Shown: piece by piece, positions 1-13,967 of the stretch
Layout: every line of letters begins with the position of its first letter
Numbering within the stretch: position 1 is the first letter of the stretch
Assembly (NCBI GenBank): GCA_032718475.1
Contig: JAUCBJ010000547.1
Coordinates: 1 to 60,355 of the forward strand
Direction: 5' to 3'
Length of the DNA: 60,355 nt
Source of the DNA: Nemertoderma westbladi
Taxonomy: Eukaryota; Animalia; Xenacoelomorpha
Notes under the pieces: model-generated
What the model saw: only the letters and a program-made list of their open reading frames with translations
The model's database searches: none
What the model was told of the DNA's origin: nothing
Position numbers and translations under genes: made by a program

Positions 1-1180
1 GGTGTTTTTTTTTGATGTAGTTTCGTTCAAGGTTTTTATAAATGTTTTTTTTTTTATAATTTTTTTTAGATGTTGTGTAAAATCGTCTCAGGTTTTTTTT
101 TACCCATGGCTAAAGTTTGCTATAGAGGGCCCCACTCCAGTCTCAGCTCTTCTCCATTCTTCTACTATAGTGGTTGCTGGTGTTTTTGTGATATCAAGGG
201 TGTCATTTAGATTTGTGGTGGGGTACTCAAATTTTATTAAAGGGCTTATTGTTGGGTTTGGGGTTATTACTTGTGCGTATGGGGGAGTAATGTCTTTTTA
301 TCAATTTGATATAAAAAAACTTGCTGCGTATTCAACTATAAGTCATCTTGGGCTCATGTTTTTTGCCACTGCCCTTGGAAATGTAATTTTTGTATTCTTT
401 CATATAGTTATTCATGCGTGCTGTAAGGCAGCTCTTTTTATATGTATTGGGTGCATTCAGCATATAGCTGGAAGGCAGGACCTCCGACAAATTAAAGGGA
501 TTGGGTGGGTTATGCCCTATCTCTCTGCTATGTGTGGGGTGTGTATGCTTGGGCTTTCAGGGGTTCCGATGGTTTTTATTTGGTGAAGAAAGCATCTAAT
601 TATAGACGCAATTAGACATTTTCTTTTTTTTAGTGCTTTTTTTTATATGCTCTTTTTTTTTTCTTGTTTTTTCTCTGTATTTTATTGCTTTAAGGCATTT
701 TTTTTTATTTTTTACCCGACTGTAGGTGGGGTAAATAAATTTGTGGCCACAGGTCAGTTTTTTTATACTAGGGTAGTGTCTTGGGGGTTCCTACTAATTT
801 TTTTTTGTTGTTATTTTACAAGAGTTGCATATTTTAATCATTTTTTTTTTATTGGGGGAGCTAATTGAGAGCTTTCAACTTTTAGCTGAGTTTGGGGAGC
901 AGCCATGCTAATTTGGTTTTTTTTTATATTTGAGATTTTTTTTTTTGGAGTTCATGGCGCCTCTGGGTGGGTGTTTAGGTTTTTTTATAAAGCTCTCGTT
1001 TGGGTTGGGAATATTGAAATTTTTTGATTTTATTTTTTCAAGTATTTTTTTTGAGTTTTTAAGTTTAGCGAGGTATTCGGCTCACAAAAATTTGTTTATT
1101 TTAGGGTCAGGTTTTTTATGGTTATGGTTTTTTTTACAGTCGGGATGGTGTTTCTTTATTAGAGACTGGGTTACATTGTA
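1..1180 (+). pseudogene. nad5: Mitochondrial NADH dehydrogenase subunit 5 fragment (NUMT), 5' part outside window
   Basis: Translation shows ND5 motifs KSSQ..F.PWL..A.EGPTPVSALLHSST.V.AG, DIKKLAAYST.SHLG, FFH...HA..KA.LF..G..H..QDLR. TGA is used as Trp; the strand is T/G-rich; frame breaks fall in poly-T runs; it joins nuclear repeats downstream. Confidence 0.9.
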
Positions 1181-1182
1181 GG

Positions 1183-1580
1183 GTATAAAAAAAATATTTT
1201 TTTGAAAATATACGTTTATTTCTTCTTTTTCTAAGGGACTTGTTGTAAGTTATTTTACCCCATCTAGAGTGTCGTATATGTGAAATTACGGGGTCTCTCT
1301 TGGGTTTATTTTTATGGTGCAGTTTGCAACTGGAGTGTTTCTATCTTGTCATTATGCGAGAAGTGATATTCTAGCGTTTAGTTCGGTTGTGTATATTTCA
1401 CGAGATGTAAATTTTGGATGAATTCTACGGGATATTCACTCTAATGGGGCTTCTTTTTTTTTTTTTTTGTATGTATGTTCATATAATACGCGGTCTGTAT
1501 TTTGGTTCTTTTTTCAACATTTTTGTTTGGTACATTGGAATTCTTATTTTTTTTGTTTCAATGGCTATTGCCTTTATTGG
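1183..1580 (+). pseudogene. cob: Mitochondrial cytochrome b 5' fragment (NUMT), truncated
   Basis: Motifs SYMWNYGSLLG, Q..TG.FL..HY, AFSSV..ISRDVNFGWILR.IHSNGAS (TGA=Trp); ends abruptly after MAIAFIG at a GACA microsatellite. Start coordinate approximate. Confidence 0.88.
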
Positions 1581-1582
1581 AT

Positions 1583-2056
1583 AGACAGACAGACAAACAG
1601 ACAGACAGACCGACAGACCGATAGACATACAGACAGTCCAGATGTCACCAATCATTAAAACATGTAGTAGAAATTAAATCAGCGACTAGGAAAAACCCCC
1701 ATATCTGAAATTTTATTCAGGTGACATGCCTCTTTATATTTTGACTGACAGACAAACAGACATAAAAACAGACAAACAGACATAAAAACAGACAAACAGA
1801 CATTCTAGGTTCAGTTAAATATTAAAATTTACATCGGAAATGGAATCAGCGACTAGGAAAACCCCCATATCATAAATTATAGTAAAGTAAAGTGATGTGC
1901 TTACTTATTTATTGTCTGTGAGATTGACAGTGAAACAGACAGACAGACAGAATGACAGACAAACAGACAGACAGGCAGTCCAGATATCATCAAACATTAA
2001 AACAGATAACAGAAATGAATTCAACGTCTACGAAAACCCCTAAATCGTAAATTTTG
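1583..2056. repeat. Three degenerate ~170-bp units separated by (GACA)n microsatellite tracts
   Basis: Core cagcgactaggaaaa(a)cccccatatc at ~1680 and ~1846 and a diverged copy caacgtctacgaaaacccc at ~2021, each preceded by GACA/GACAAACA runs. Confidence 0.75.
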
Positions 2057-2329
2057 GTTCGCTGGAGTAGTTTATTATATTTTGGCTTATTTTTGAAATG
2101 TTGAATGAAGGTTCCAGGTGTGTCTCGATAGTTATTCCGCCCTTCTGGAAATTTTCATGAGATTCCATCTCGTAGAACCAGCTAATGGGTACATATGTGT
2201 TAGCAGTAAAATGTATGGGGATAGCCTGGGGTACCATGTCCCCTTAATGGAAAGGAGCAGGTTACTGTTTCTGTTTTCGAATAAAAACAATAAACAAAAT
2301 TTTAATTCATATACGTCCAATTTGCACTG

Positions 2330-2443
2330 GAGATCACTAAGTGAGGTACTAAGTGAGATCACTAAGTGAGGTACTAAGTGAGATCACTAAGTGACATCAC
2401 TAAGTGAGGTACTAAGTGAGATCACTAAGTGAGATCACTAAGT
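2330..2443. repeat. 12/13-bp minisatellite (actaagtgaggt / actaagtgagatc), ~9 copies
   Basis: Directly visible tandem array. Confidence 0.9.
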
Positions 2444-4299
2444 ATAAGTCTTATACTTATATTTATGTACCATTGATCCAACCCACTTATAATTCGTATA
2501 TTTAGTTAAATATAGCAGTTTGGGGGAATTAATGAAATATAAAGTCAGAATTCCTGTGTATTCCAAAATTCCACATCAACCAGATTTAATTAATCTGTTT
2601 GCTGCAGGGTGGACATATAAATTTATTAAATTATTACGGATTTAAACCGAGTTGCACCTTATCTTATTGTATTGTAATAATTGGCTATAAAAAAGATAAT
2701 ATATAATTATATAAAAATTAATTAAAGACAATTTTTCAGAAATCCATGGTACAAATGAAATATATTAGCAATAAAAAATATTATCTATATGACTAACAGT
2801 AAAATTGAAGTAAGCATGTCTAAGCTGAGTAATAAAGCAATGAACAGAACATATGATTTATCAGCTGATAGGTACTTTTATACCCATAAGATTCCCATGT
2901 CTAGCAGTTGATTGATAGGCTACCCATTACAGTCTGAACAGACTTATGGTTTATATTCTACTTCAATGCACACAGTAAATTATTATAGGAGTATTCCTTG
3001 CGCCTTTGGTCTGGCTAAACCCAGAGTACGACTAAGGCCATTGTTACGGGAGGTCGGGAGACACCCATCTTGATCCGATTCACCCTGAAACTTTCCCAAG
3101 CGCCGCGCCGAGCCCATAAATTGTTCGTCCAATCTAACCACTACTACTGGGTCACCTGTAACCACTACTGGGATCCCTATAACAAAGCAATTGAAGCCAA
3201 GAGGAGACGAATTTTGTGAAAGAGTTTTCGCTTACATTGAAATTGAAGTTGAGTGAAGGTCTAACTACCACATACACCATTTTATTATGTATGACGTCAC
3301 ATTGTTTCGGAGTTTGTATTGTAATTATCTCACGCGCTCCGCGAAGGCTATTGTGGAGCTAGCCACATTAACGTTATGTATGTACTTATTTGTATGACGT
3401 ATGTGCTGCGGTATACGTTCGTGGGGCCTTCGAGCAGCACGAGACGAAGTTAACCTGAGAAGCTGTAATCCTGGTTTGTTTGTTTGTACTTATATTACGC
3501 CGCCATGGGACTTAGCTTCTGTTGGTACGCAAAATTATTAATAAAGCCTTAATGTTCATTCTACCAATTAATGTCAATTCTACCAAATTTCAAATGAAAC
3601 CAGCCAGCTGTACCAGCCAGTCTGTCGGACCCCACTACGGCACACGCCACGCAGTCTGTCTGACTTTGCCCCTGATGGTTGGTTCTACAACCAACTTATA
3701 GCTACTTCTAGGATTTTTACAATTCTCCATCTAGTGGCCGACGGGGAACTATAGAAGTCTGTTTGTGTGTAGAATCTTGTAATCGGTTTAATTTCATCAA
3801 TGATTGAACGACTTATTTCGGTTTTCATCAAAAGTCTGAAACTTCCGGTGCCGACTGACAGACTGCCTGATTTTTGACCAAACGTCAGATTATTTCTAAA
3901 TGTAAGTATTATTGACGGATTACATACATACCAATTGGTTTAATTTCATCTAGGAATGACCGAGTTATTAGCGATCAAAATTTTACGACGACGACGACAG
4001 ACAACTTGTTAACGGTACATCTAAGCTAATACTTCGCTTACTTCGTGGCTCGTCTAACAAGCCTGTAACCTGCCTGGATATCATTATTTTTATTGTAATT
4101 GAATGAATACTGGATAGGCGGTATTGGATCAAAGCTCAAGGTCCGACAGTGGCCGCCAGAGTCGCATTTTTTCGGTCCTTCATCCCATTTGGACCTTCGT
4201 TCTGGGTGTGATGGGCCTTCGACGACTACCAAGGAATGTACTTTATCGAAAGAAGAGAAGGGTTGTAGGGGCAAAAGGGTACAAACATTAGTTGTTGGA

Positions 4300-7200
4300 C
4301 GCGGTCTTTAAGGTCTTGTTTAACCAGCACCATGTCGCCAACTGCGACATTCCTGTAGGTGTTATTCCACTTCCTTCTGGTCCGGAGGGTTATGAGGTAC
4401 TCTTGGGCCCAGATTCTCCACCAGTGCGCTGCCAGTGCTAGGGCCTTTTTCCAATTGGTATGTCTCGCGATATCGTTGGAATCTGGGAACGTTGCCTCTG
4501 GAAGAATGTTGGTTTTGGGTCTTCCAAGTAGATGGTTAGGTGTAAGAGGCTCCAGATCTGTGGGGTCATCATGGATAGGTATGATTGGCCAGTTGTTCAG
4601 GGTGGCCGTGATCTCGCAGAATGTAGTGCGAAGGGTGTCGTGGGTTACCCGGGTATCCCCTAATGCGACGCGCATGGATCGTTTCACCAAGTCGATGAGT
4701 TTCTCCCATACCCCGCTCGTATGGGATGCCAAGGGCGTTTGGAAGTGCCATTGTATATGGTGTTCCTTCCAGACTTGGGATGCAGTCTCTTCGGTGAACC
4801 ATCCCTCGATAGCTTCTCTGAGTTCCCTTTCTCCTCCCACGAAGTTTGTTCCATTATTGGAGTACATATGCCGGCATGATCCGTTGTTTGCCACGAACCG
4901 ACGCTGAGCGTTGATAAAGGCATGCTGCGTGAGGTTTACTACGAGGTCTAGGTAAATTGCCCTTGACCTAAGGCATGTGAAGATGGCTCCCCAGCATTTG
5001 ATGTTGGATCGTCGCTCGATGACTGTAAATGGTCCGAAACAGTCTACTCCGGTTACATAGAACGGCGGTGAATCGGACTGCAGCCGTTTAGCCGGTAGGT
5101 CGGCCATTCTTTGGGTGAGCGGTGGCGCTAGGTATCATCTGCAAGGGAAGCAACATTTTAAGACTTTACGGATCAGTGGCTGGATGTGGGTGATCCAATA
5201 TCTTTGCCGGATGTTAGCCATAATACAGTTCTGGCCCACGTGATGGTTTTCCTCGTGACACTGTTGGATTAATAGCTTGGCTAGTGTTGACGTTCCGGGC
5301 AGAAGTGCTGGGTATTTGACTTCATATTCGACCGGGGCATTTGCCATCCGGGTATTTAGTCGGATCAGTCCATCTTCCCCCATCATGGGTCTCAGCTGGT
5401 AGACTGGGCTGTCCGGTTTCAAGGTCTTGCCCGCACTGAGCTGTTGCCATTCATCGGAGAAACTTTCTTTCTGGACATATCTAACAATACATTTCTCTGC
5501 AATAATGAGTTCTCGTATACTTCGTTGAACTATCGGTGTATTATCCCTCCACCGCAGGAAGTTTGAAGAGTCATGACGTGGTGGATATGACGTCTCATCG
5601 AGGAGGTTCGCTCTATCAATAGGTGTAAGGACGCGGCTGGTTGCGTAGTGGTCGCAACATTATAGTGCCTGCCCGAGTCCTTTGCAGGCTCGGTCAGGCA
5701 ACTATAGATTTCCACGGTGGCGCTTCCATGGACTTTACGAATTTCCTTATCATCTTCTGAATATTTCCCGCTATCTAGTTCGGGATCGAATCGGGTGCTC
5801 CAGGTTAGTTGTGGCTGCTGTAAGAATTCCGGGCCTGTGAGCCAAAGTTTACTCTTACCGAGCTGTCGTGGGGTGGCGCCTCTGCTCGATAAGTCCGCCG
5901 GGTTTTCTTTCCTGTTTACGTGGTGCCACTGTTCTCGGCCGGTACACTGTTTTATTTCCGTGGCTCGGTTCGCTACGAACGTGGTGTGTCGCTGTGATGG
6001 TGATTGGAGGTAGTAAAGCACAATACTCGAATCAACCCAGAAATGCTGCGATTCGATGGGGATTCTTAAGTTCCGCATGATCATGCGGTTCTGCCTCACT
6101 GCCCAGACGGCGGCCTGCAGCTCGAGTCTCGGGATTGTTGCTACGAATTCCCCGGATACCGTCTTAGCCTTAGAGAATAAGAAGCTCGTATCACCGTTTC
6201 CATCCTGGCTTAATCTTCTTAGGAAGGTAACTACGCCGATTCCGGTATTCGATGCATCCGAGAAAGTATGGATGTGGATTCTATCCACATTTCTTTGATC
6301 AAATTCAATCCGGCCAATGTTACTGGGGATATTAAGTTTAATGGATCAAATATGGCGCTCTTTACAGATAAACATCCCGTCTTAGTCATGGGTTTGGGTA
6401 GGGGATTATATTTGAAGATGAACTGATCCAATTCTATGTCCCATTCGATACCGAGTACACGGTGATCCACACCCTCGGAATACATTTTGTTGTCATCTAG
6501 CCTGATTTCTTCTGGGAACCTTTCCATAAGTTCCTTATCATGGGATTATGAGAGGGAAACCGCCTCTCTGTAAACATTCCGCCATTCCCATAGCCAGCTG
6601 ATATGCCTCGTCGACATTGTTGGCACCAGCACATCCATCGTCTACGTAAAAACATCGTCGGATGGTCTCTATGACTGTCGGAGGGAACTCATTTTCGCAC
6701 ATAGTCGCTGTTTTCTTCAACATGTCGCTACATGCCACCAGCGAGTCCTTAGCGCCGAAGATTCTGACAATCATTCGCATTACGTCCACATCCTTCAAGG
6801 TGAGTTGATTTATCTCCTTTGGAGTTAATGTTTTATCTGTCCACAATATAAGTAGGCAATCTGAGTCTCTTGGTAGCGTTTGGACCTGGTGGAACATCGC
6901 TTTGATGTCGCATGTGAAGGCTATTTTGTTTTCTCTGAACCTGATCAATACGCCGATAAGTGTACTGTAGATGTTGGGTCCGGTGTAATGTTGGCTGTTC
7001 AAGGATTCGCCCTGATACATAGCCTCAGCATCATTTACTACCCGGATTTTACCGCCCTTCTGGGCTTCCACCACATAGTGGGTTGGGAGGTAATACGTCA
7101 GTTTAGTCCCCTGTAGTTCATTCCGGGGCACCATTTCCGGCAATCCATCTTCTAAATATCCTTTAATCACATTATTGTATTTCTCCTTTATCTCGGGTAG

Positions 7201-9490
7201 CTCGTTTAACTGGCGTAGGATACCCTTGAGCCTCCTAAGGGCAATGCTGGCATTATTTGCCATCGCTCTATCTGGGTCTTTCCAAAGCATGGGCGAACAC
7301 CAATGTCCGTCTTTGAACGTTGCCTGGTCGAGAACGTCAATACAATATTGATCTTCCTCGGACGGGTTCTCGTCCTTCTCAGCAAACTCTTGAGTCTCTA
7401 AGTTGAAATACTTTGTCATCTCATGCTGGGTTTTTTCGGTTTCCAGGAATAAATCCTCGTCCAGGTCGGTTGCTGAACAGTAACCCACAGATGTTGTGTT
7501 CTCTTTGATCTGGCATTTAGGGAGATATGTATATGTGTCGGTAGTCTCCTCTTTGATGCCGCAAAGTGTCCATCCCTTGATGGTGCGCTCCGCATAAAAA
7601 CCGTCATCCGGCTTTACAGATCGGGCGATGTCTCCGGTTGGTATATGTAATTCCGGTATATCGAGTCCGATTAATAGCGTAATTATGTTCACGTCCAACG
7701 GTGGGCATCATAGATCCACATCTTCCCGGTCTAACTGTATGATGGGTGCGTATTCAGATGATTGTCGGAACCGCACTCGGAGATGGTGTGTACCAGAGCG
7801 TTTTTTATCATCTGTTTGACCGTCTCATAACTCTTCATAACTCCTTCCATCCTGAGTTGTACCTCCCCGGATTCCACTTCTTTATGGTCGGTTATCGTCT
7901 GTATGGGCCGCTTGCAAGGTTCGTAGTCTAGGCCTAGTTGTTCGAGGAAATCCCGGTCGATGATGGTTCCGTCCAACCCATTGTCAAGGAACGCGAGTGT
8001 TGTTAAGGATTTTCAGACCCCTTGGATTCTTACTGGGATCACTTTGGCGAAGACCATATAACAGCGGTTTATTAAATTGACCGTAGCTGATATACTGGTC
8101 ACATATGATACATCGGCGGTGGTCTTCAACGGATTGGTTTCCCTCCGCTGAATCATCCGGGTACCCTTCCTTGGAGACGTGATTCGTTTCTCCTCTCTGT
8201 TTGGATTCGATCCGGAACGGTAGGGTGGTGAAATCGAAATTTGCAGGAATGTGGAGGAGTGTATGATGTCGTAGGTCATTACAGACCGCGCAGCACGACC
8301 TTTGGTCGTAATCCCGGACGTAGTGACCTGTAATGGCCATCGTACTCACCGGAGGGGGGCGGAATCTCGGTTTCGGAGTGGGTGCCCTGCTTCTAGAGTT
8401 GTTCTCTATTCCGTCTAACTTGGAGAGACTTTGTTTGGAGAACATCGAATCGTTCATGGCTTCGGAGATGTCATCTAGGAATGCCAACATTTCGAGGAAA
8501 CTAGGATCCCGCTCCGGGTGTCGGCGTCGGAGATCGACACATTTATACGCCCATTTGCTTTGCAACCATCCGGGGAACTTCCGGGCAATCTGTCGGAGGT
8601 TTAGGATGTTGTTTACCTGTTCCTCCTTATTTAATGGTTTTAAAGTGTAGTAAGCATCTTTCATTGAGTCTGAAAACTCTTGGATATTCTGTGGGTCCCC
8701 TAGGGATCCAGCGTCCTGTATCAGTTTTTCAAGCGTCTTATTGATTATAGTTCCGATGTTACCATATCTTTTATCTGGAGTTTTCCACGCGTCGTGGTAT
8801 GCTTTATGAGATCCTCCCTCGAAACATTTAACGATTCGGCATGGTTTGTCACCCAGGTATTGAGATAAATATACCAGTTTTTGCGCGTCGGTTATATCCG
8901 TTGATCCGATCTGAGCGAAGAACCGTTTCTTAAATCCAAGGTAATCGACGGGGTCTCCCTCGAAGGTGCGGATCTCCATCTTGGGCATAGCCAGGCGGTT
9001 CTCCAAGGCTCGGATGATGCCACCGTCGTCCGAACTGGAATGACTAGGAGGATTGTAATTACTAACACTCTCTCCCATACATGATGGATCGATGAGAGGT
9101 GGAGTTTTAATGATGACGCGGTTACGGATTTTTCGGTGTGGACGTGAACGGATTATTGGATCGAGGGGTGGCATCCCGTTCCGAGTCCTTTTCAGGCTCG
9201 TACTGGGGAATGCTCGGTGCCATAGGATTGGATGGGAAATAAGGTTCCTCATTCTTAAGCGTAACCGGTGGGGGATGGAATACCGTTGCTTGTGCCGATA
9301 ACGTAGACTGTATGGTTGGCGGGAACTCGGGTTTCGGAGGTTTTGCAGCCGGTGGCGTAAATGACTTTTCTAATTCCGGGACCGGGATTGGTTCATAGTC
9401 CTGTTCTATACCCCTTTCCCAGTCCTCGTATAGTTAGAGGTCCCGTTCTATGAGTGCGGCCCCGTAGTCTGCGAGTTTAGCAATGTCTGC
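4300..9490 (-). mobile_element. Decayed BEL/Pao LTR retrotransposon internal region (gag-PR-RT-RNaseH-IN), no LTR pair seen
   Basis: Seven broken minus-strand ORFs in BEL order: gag (FEGDPVDY..F, KLVYLSQYL), RT (YYLPTHYV, KIRVVND, CDIKAMFHQV, FYVDDG), Pao RNaseH (HTFSDAS, IPRLELQAA, FVANR, NPADLSSRG), integrase (TGVDCFGP, WGAIFTC, GTNFVG, LTPNHLL). Many stops and frameshifts; boundaries approximate. Confidence 0.9.
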
Positions 9491-10039
9491 ATTCTTTTTG
9501 TGAACAAGAATCGCAAATTTTGATTGCGTTTATAAGTTGATTCAACCATGGCTTTGTCTTAAATCAAATACCAGAGTTTCCTTGTAGTGGGTGCTGGGTA
9601 AGCATGGAGAGAGTTTGAAGAGTACTGTAGAATTCCCAACTTCCACCAGTTGAAGTTGGCCGCGTCTTATTCTCAATTTTGTTGCCATTATTCCCGACAC
9701 CATGGGGAAAACGCCGATGCTGGAGGCAGAATTTTCAGACCACGGGATTCTGGCCAGTCACCGGATATTGGGAGTGGAGAAGGAGTCCTTTCTGAGATGC
9801 AAGATTGCAATTGAGAAAACGTTGCATTGGTTGGATATAATCTTTTAATGAAACTTTCCTACAGTTGAATCTTGATTGAGAATAAGTTGGGCTTCCCCAC
9901 ACCAATATACACCAAATATTCACATTAATATACGATAATATGAATTCCTACAGTACATTAATTAATTACCCACTGTTCGCTTTAGATTTTAACCTAACTA
10001 ATGTTCCCCATTTTCCCTTGGTCCTAGTCCGTTGTGTGT

Positions 10040-11050
10040 CCCAACTGTTTCCGAGTCCTTATTCAGGCTCGTACTAACGCCGGTCGTGGAACCCACTCCA
10101 GGAAGGCAGTCCTCATCAAACCCTTCCTCCGTTTAGTCGGTCGATCCGTCGCAAGTCCCCGGTGCTGTCGGCAAGCTTTCTGAGTCCTTATTCAGGCTCG
10201 TAATAACTGCCGGTGACCAGGGACCGCTAAGGATCTGTCTGTCAGTTCCCGTCGCAAATCCCTGACACAATCAGCAGACTTTCCGAGTCCTTATTCAGGC
10301 TCGTAATAACTGCTGTTGGCCAGGGACCGCTAAGGGCAGTCCTTGTCCCTAGGCCTAGCGAGTTACCAAATCCACCTCTATAGGCAGCAGGAAGTTGGCT
10401 AGGCCTAATAGTATCAGGTAAACCTGAGTACTGCTTGATTTTGCCTCCCACCCTTGGCCCTTAAATATCTGATATGAGTCCCGTGCCCCGTAAGTCGCCC
10501 CAATATTCGCCCGTAAATCGCCCCCAGTCGATTGAATATACCCAAATTCCATGTTCCCACACCCAGTACTGATATTGGAATATTCATTATAAATAAATCC
10601 AAAAAATATTCAACTCGCGTTATGAAAAGTTGAAATACCGCGAACAGCATGCACAGCAATGATAGGCAGACTACCGTTGGTGTCCAACTCGACCAGCTTG
10701 TCCCACATATCACGAAAGTTTGCTGCTGCAGCCGAGCACTCCTTTGTATCCTAGCGGTTTATCGTATCGAATCCAAAATTCTCAAACAGCTCAGCCTTAG
10801 CAGCAAAAATGTCTTCTGGTACAAAGTTTGCCAGAACAAAATCTTCCGCAGCTGGAGCTGTAACGGACGAAATGCCCTGTAGCATTACAGCCAAGCAGGA
10901 ATTCACAATAACTTTATCAGGGCAACGGGGACGAAGTCCAACGGAGTTGCGCTTTTGAGAGCTACCGGTACTACCGGCTGTAGACTGAGACAGATCCACC
11001 TCCATAGCAGGGGGATCCCGAATGGCAACGGGCTGCTCGCCCACCACCAT
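10040..11050 (-). pseudogene. Relic LINE ORF1, paralogous to the ORF1 at 52408-53763
   Basis: VIVNSCLAVMLQG...EDIFAAKAELF..FG...INR*DT...SAAAANFRDMWDKLVELD..G.LPIIAV aligns with IVIVNACLSTVLQG...EEIFKAKTLLFGKLG..VNRRDT..SAAAANMRDIWEKMVDLDKEGKLPVIAV. In-frame stop near 10751. Three copies of ttccgagtccttattcaggctcgta at ~10049, ~10178, ~10281; left boundary uncertain. Confidence 0.75.
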
Positions 11051-11899
11051 AATATATAAGTAAAGGCAATCACAATAATAGTGCAATAGGCGTACCGGTA
11101 CAGTACAGCAGTATATAATAATAAATAAATACTGGTTGTGGCACGAAAGTAAATGTGATATAATAACTGCAGTGCAACTGGTGACATTTCGATGGAGACA
11201 GTTTTTTAAACACTTGTAGCTAAAGATTGAAAGTGAAAATAAAAATTATAGCTCACTCAGTAGGGATGAGAGAGATGAAACTATCTGTTTCAAATTTAAT
11301 ACATTCTCATTAAGACTTATAGAAAAATATGGGGGGGTGGAGGGGGGAGGGTATCAGAAAATGACACTAAATTACGGGTCATGATGTATTAATTGTATTA
11401 TCTAACTTTTCAACGTACATTGTGTGGCTCGCCCCACAGTAGATATGTAAATCTTACCTGATCACCGTCAACCAAACCAATATGTTGGCATATTGAGGAC
11501 AGCTCGGATTTGTCTATAAAGCCAGAAAGGCCAATCGCAGCGTTAAGCCAATGAAGGTTAAACCAATGAATAGTGCGCAGAAGGCTACGCACTTTCGCGA
11601 ACGTAATATGTGGCGACCGGTAGTTCACTCGGCCAGTGCCCTGCAACAATCGACAGTGAGTCTGACCGCACCCTCTCCTATCTATGTCGCTGCCCCTACT
11701 GGTGTTGCTGATGATAAATGCCTAATTTTGGTAGTGGTGGTATGTGCTCAGTATGTGCTAAGAATCTTAGGCCTAGTATTACTTCAGTGCTGAGTTGTTG
11801 TGTATGTAAACGCGTTGTTCGCGTGTGTCAATAATTTGTCCCATAAAGAATTTGTTGCCCTAAAAATAATACTGATTGGTTTTGTCCTGAATGTGTTTC

Positions 11900-12772
11900 T
11901 GAAATCTTTCCGTTTAATAATATTGTGTGTGATTGTGAATTTTTATTAACACTAAATGATTTTAGATTACCCGCTATCTTAAATATTGATGTATTATCCT
12001 CACAGGCAGTGAGTTTACTTAACAACTCTGATAAATTTCCAGATAACAATTTTGAACATGATGCCGATTCTGACCCAGATAATAAAATTTTTAACTCAAT
12101 ATTATCCCAAATCCAGTGTTCATACTGGGCTGATCTTTCAGAGTTGGCATCTACTTTTGAACATGACAAAAATAATGTTCAACTCCTGCTACAGGATTCT
12201 ACATCCTTGTACAAAATTTTTTTTGACTCTTTGGAAAATGTATTAAACATAATTAACAACCCTTTTAGAATTATTGGTTTAACATAAACGTGGCTAACCA
12301 GAAATAACAAAGATAACTTTTCGGTTAAAAATTACGAAGTAGAGAATAGCCTGAGACCTCCAGGACATGATGGTTATGGTGGATGCAGTCTACTCATAAA
12401 TGAAAATATTACTTATTCTCGGCGGAAGGACCTTGAGCAAGTTAAGAATCCTACAACTGCCCTTGAGGCAGTATTTGTTGAATACAAAAAACGTAAAGCA
12501 GAAAGAAATGTTATTGTCGGTTGCATTTACCACCCCCAAAATACAGACGTTTCAGAATTCTTTGATCGTTTTAAATTTTCATTTAATCAAATAAATAAAG
12601 AGGGCAAGACATGCTATCTCCTTGGCGATTTTAATTTAGACTTAATAAAAATTAATACAAACCCAAAAATTCTAGAATTCCTAGAAATTATAACACAAAA
12701 TTGTTTCTTTCCTCTGATCGATAGACCTACTCGTGTTACTGATACCACAGCTATGTGCATTGGTAATATACT
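11900..12772 (+). mobile_element. Degenerate CR1/L2-type LINE ORF2, piece 1 (APE endonuclease), interrupted by element A
   Basis: IIGLT*TWL, GYGG, GCIYHP, YLLGDFNLDL, PTRVT....IGNIL; continues in frame at 31467 once the TSD is removed. Confidence 0.85.
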
Positions 12773-13967
12773 TGTAAAAGCTTTTGCGGATATACTCAGT
12801 CCCCCTCGCCCGCAAGGTACCGTTATAGGTGTTTTAACGGACATAAAAGTCATTCTTCTATATGCATGCTTTGGCGGACATGGTAAGGCAAAAAACCCGC
12901 AATGCACCAAATACCCTGGCACAGCTTAGCCTTGATGATTCAGATTACGACATCTAACAGCTGGTTGCTGACATGGAAACGGCCATTGGACACATGGTTC
13001 TTTGTTTAGCTTAACAGCCAATCAGAGCGATTTTTTCTGTCGATGTGGAGATATTTGGCCGATCGTGCTAGGAGTGTTCAGTCTTACTGTTTTTCTTGAT
13101 ACTGTTGTGTTGTTTCTATCTAGGCCAGGAACACCGGCTCTAGAGTCAATTCGTTTCAGACTTTAGAAGAAACATTAGTAGGCTTAAGATTATAGAGCGT
13201 ATAACTGTTATCGGTCCAACTCAATCAGTGCAACACGGCACATACTTGTCATATCATATCTTAACCTACCGTCTTAATGCTTTTTACTGTTGTCATATTT
13301 TGTATCAGTTGGTTGAATATTATTTGGAGAACATTTATAAAGAACCCAAATTTCCCAATTTTCTTGATACACTACAGGTTAGAGAGACAGGTTACATATA
13401 GCGATTGCGACTTATATTATTGTGGTTTGTAGTGAATTTAATGCTATTTGATAAGCACTACATGAGTCAGTTGCTGTTCTCTTTATATATGATAAAATTC
13501 ATTGACGGTCGGCAAATTAGTGAGCAGTATTGTGTGTTACCGGTAATGTGCATGATTGTGGCTGATAACTAAGCATTTCCTAAAGAATGCGCCTCATACG
13601 TGAATCATAAGCCTTACCGACTTACCGTTGTGATTAGTATAAGTCATATCTCTGTTTACCTAGATAGAGCGCCACGTCCTAAAGGAACTGTTAGTATTTC
13701 CCGAAAGTGAATAATATTAGTCAGAAATTATTTATTAACGATCAATCGAATAATACAGTAAGCTTACACTGCAATAATAATCTAAGCCCTCAGAATCCAG
13801 TCTCCCGGGTATATCCAGCGGGTGAATGGACGCGCACTAGGCTGGCTTCTGCTAATGTTGTGTTTATTGGTATTAAATATTTGTCAATTTCTAAAGTCTA
13901 TTTATAAACCAAAAGACATATAAATTTTGGCAGGTTAAACTGCTAAAGGTCTTCAAAAGCGCGTACA
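12773..13967 (+). repeat. Element A 5' LTR (1195 bp)
   Basis: Direct repeat of 30267-31461 with about 5 substitutions seen by eye; imperfect 14-bp terminal inverted repeat (TGTAAAAGCTTTTG / CAAAAGCGCGTACA); CCAAT-like boxes near 12984 and 13017. Confidence 0.97.

Noticed and set aside
3560-4035. Possible non-autonomous DNA transposon or LTR of the decayed BEL element
   Set aside because: Repeat-like texture (gacgacgac, ctaagctaa) but no partner LTR, TIR pair or TSD found in the window.
9500-9960. Short minus-strand ORF with CILVWGS resembling a LINE C-terminus
   Set aside because: Single short motif with no supporting flanking similarity.
12614-13907. Short ORFs in LTRs (also 30081-30416, 31201-31401, 34018-34593, 51260-51937)
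   Set aside because: They recur only because LTRs are duplicated, several cross element boundaries, and they have no recognisable motifs.
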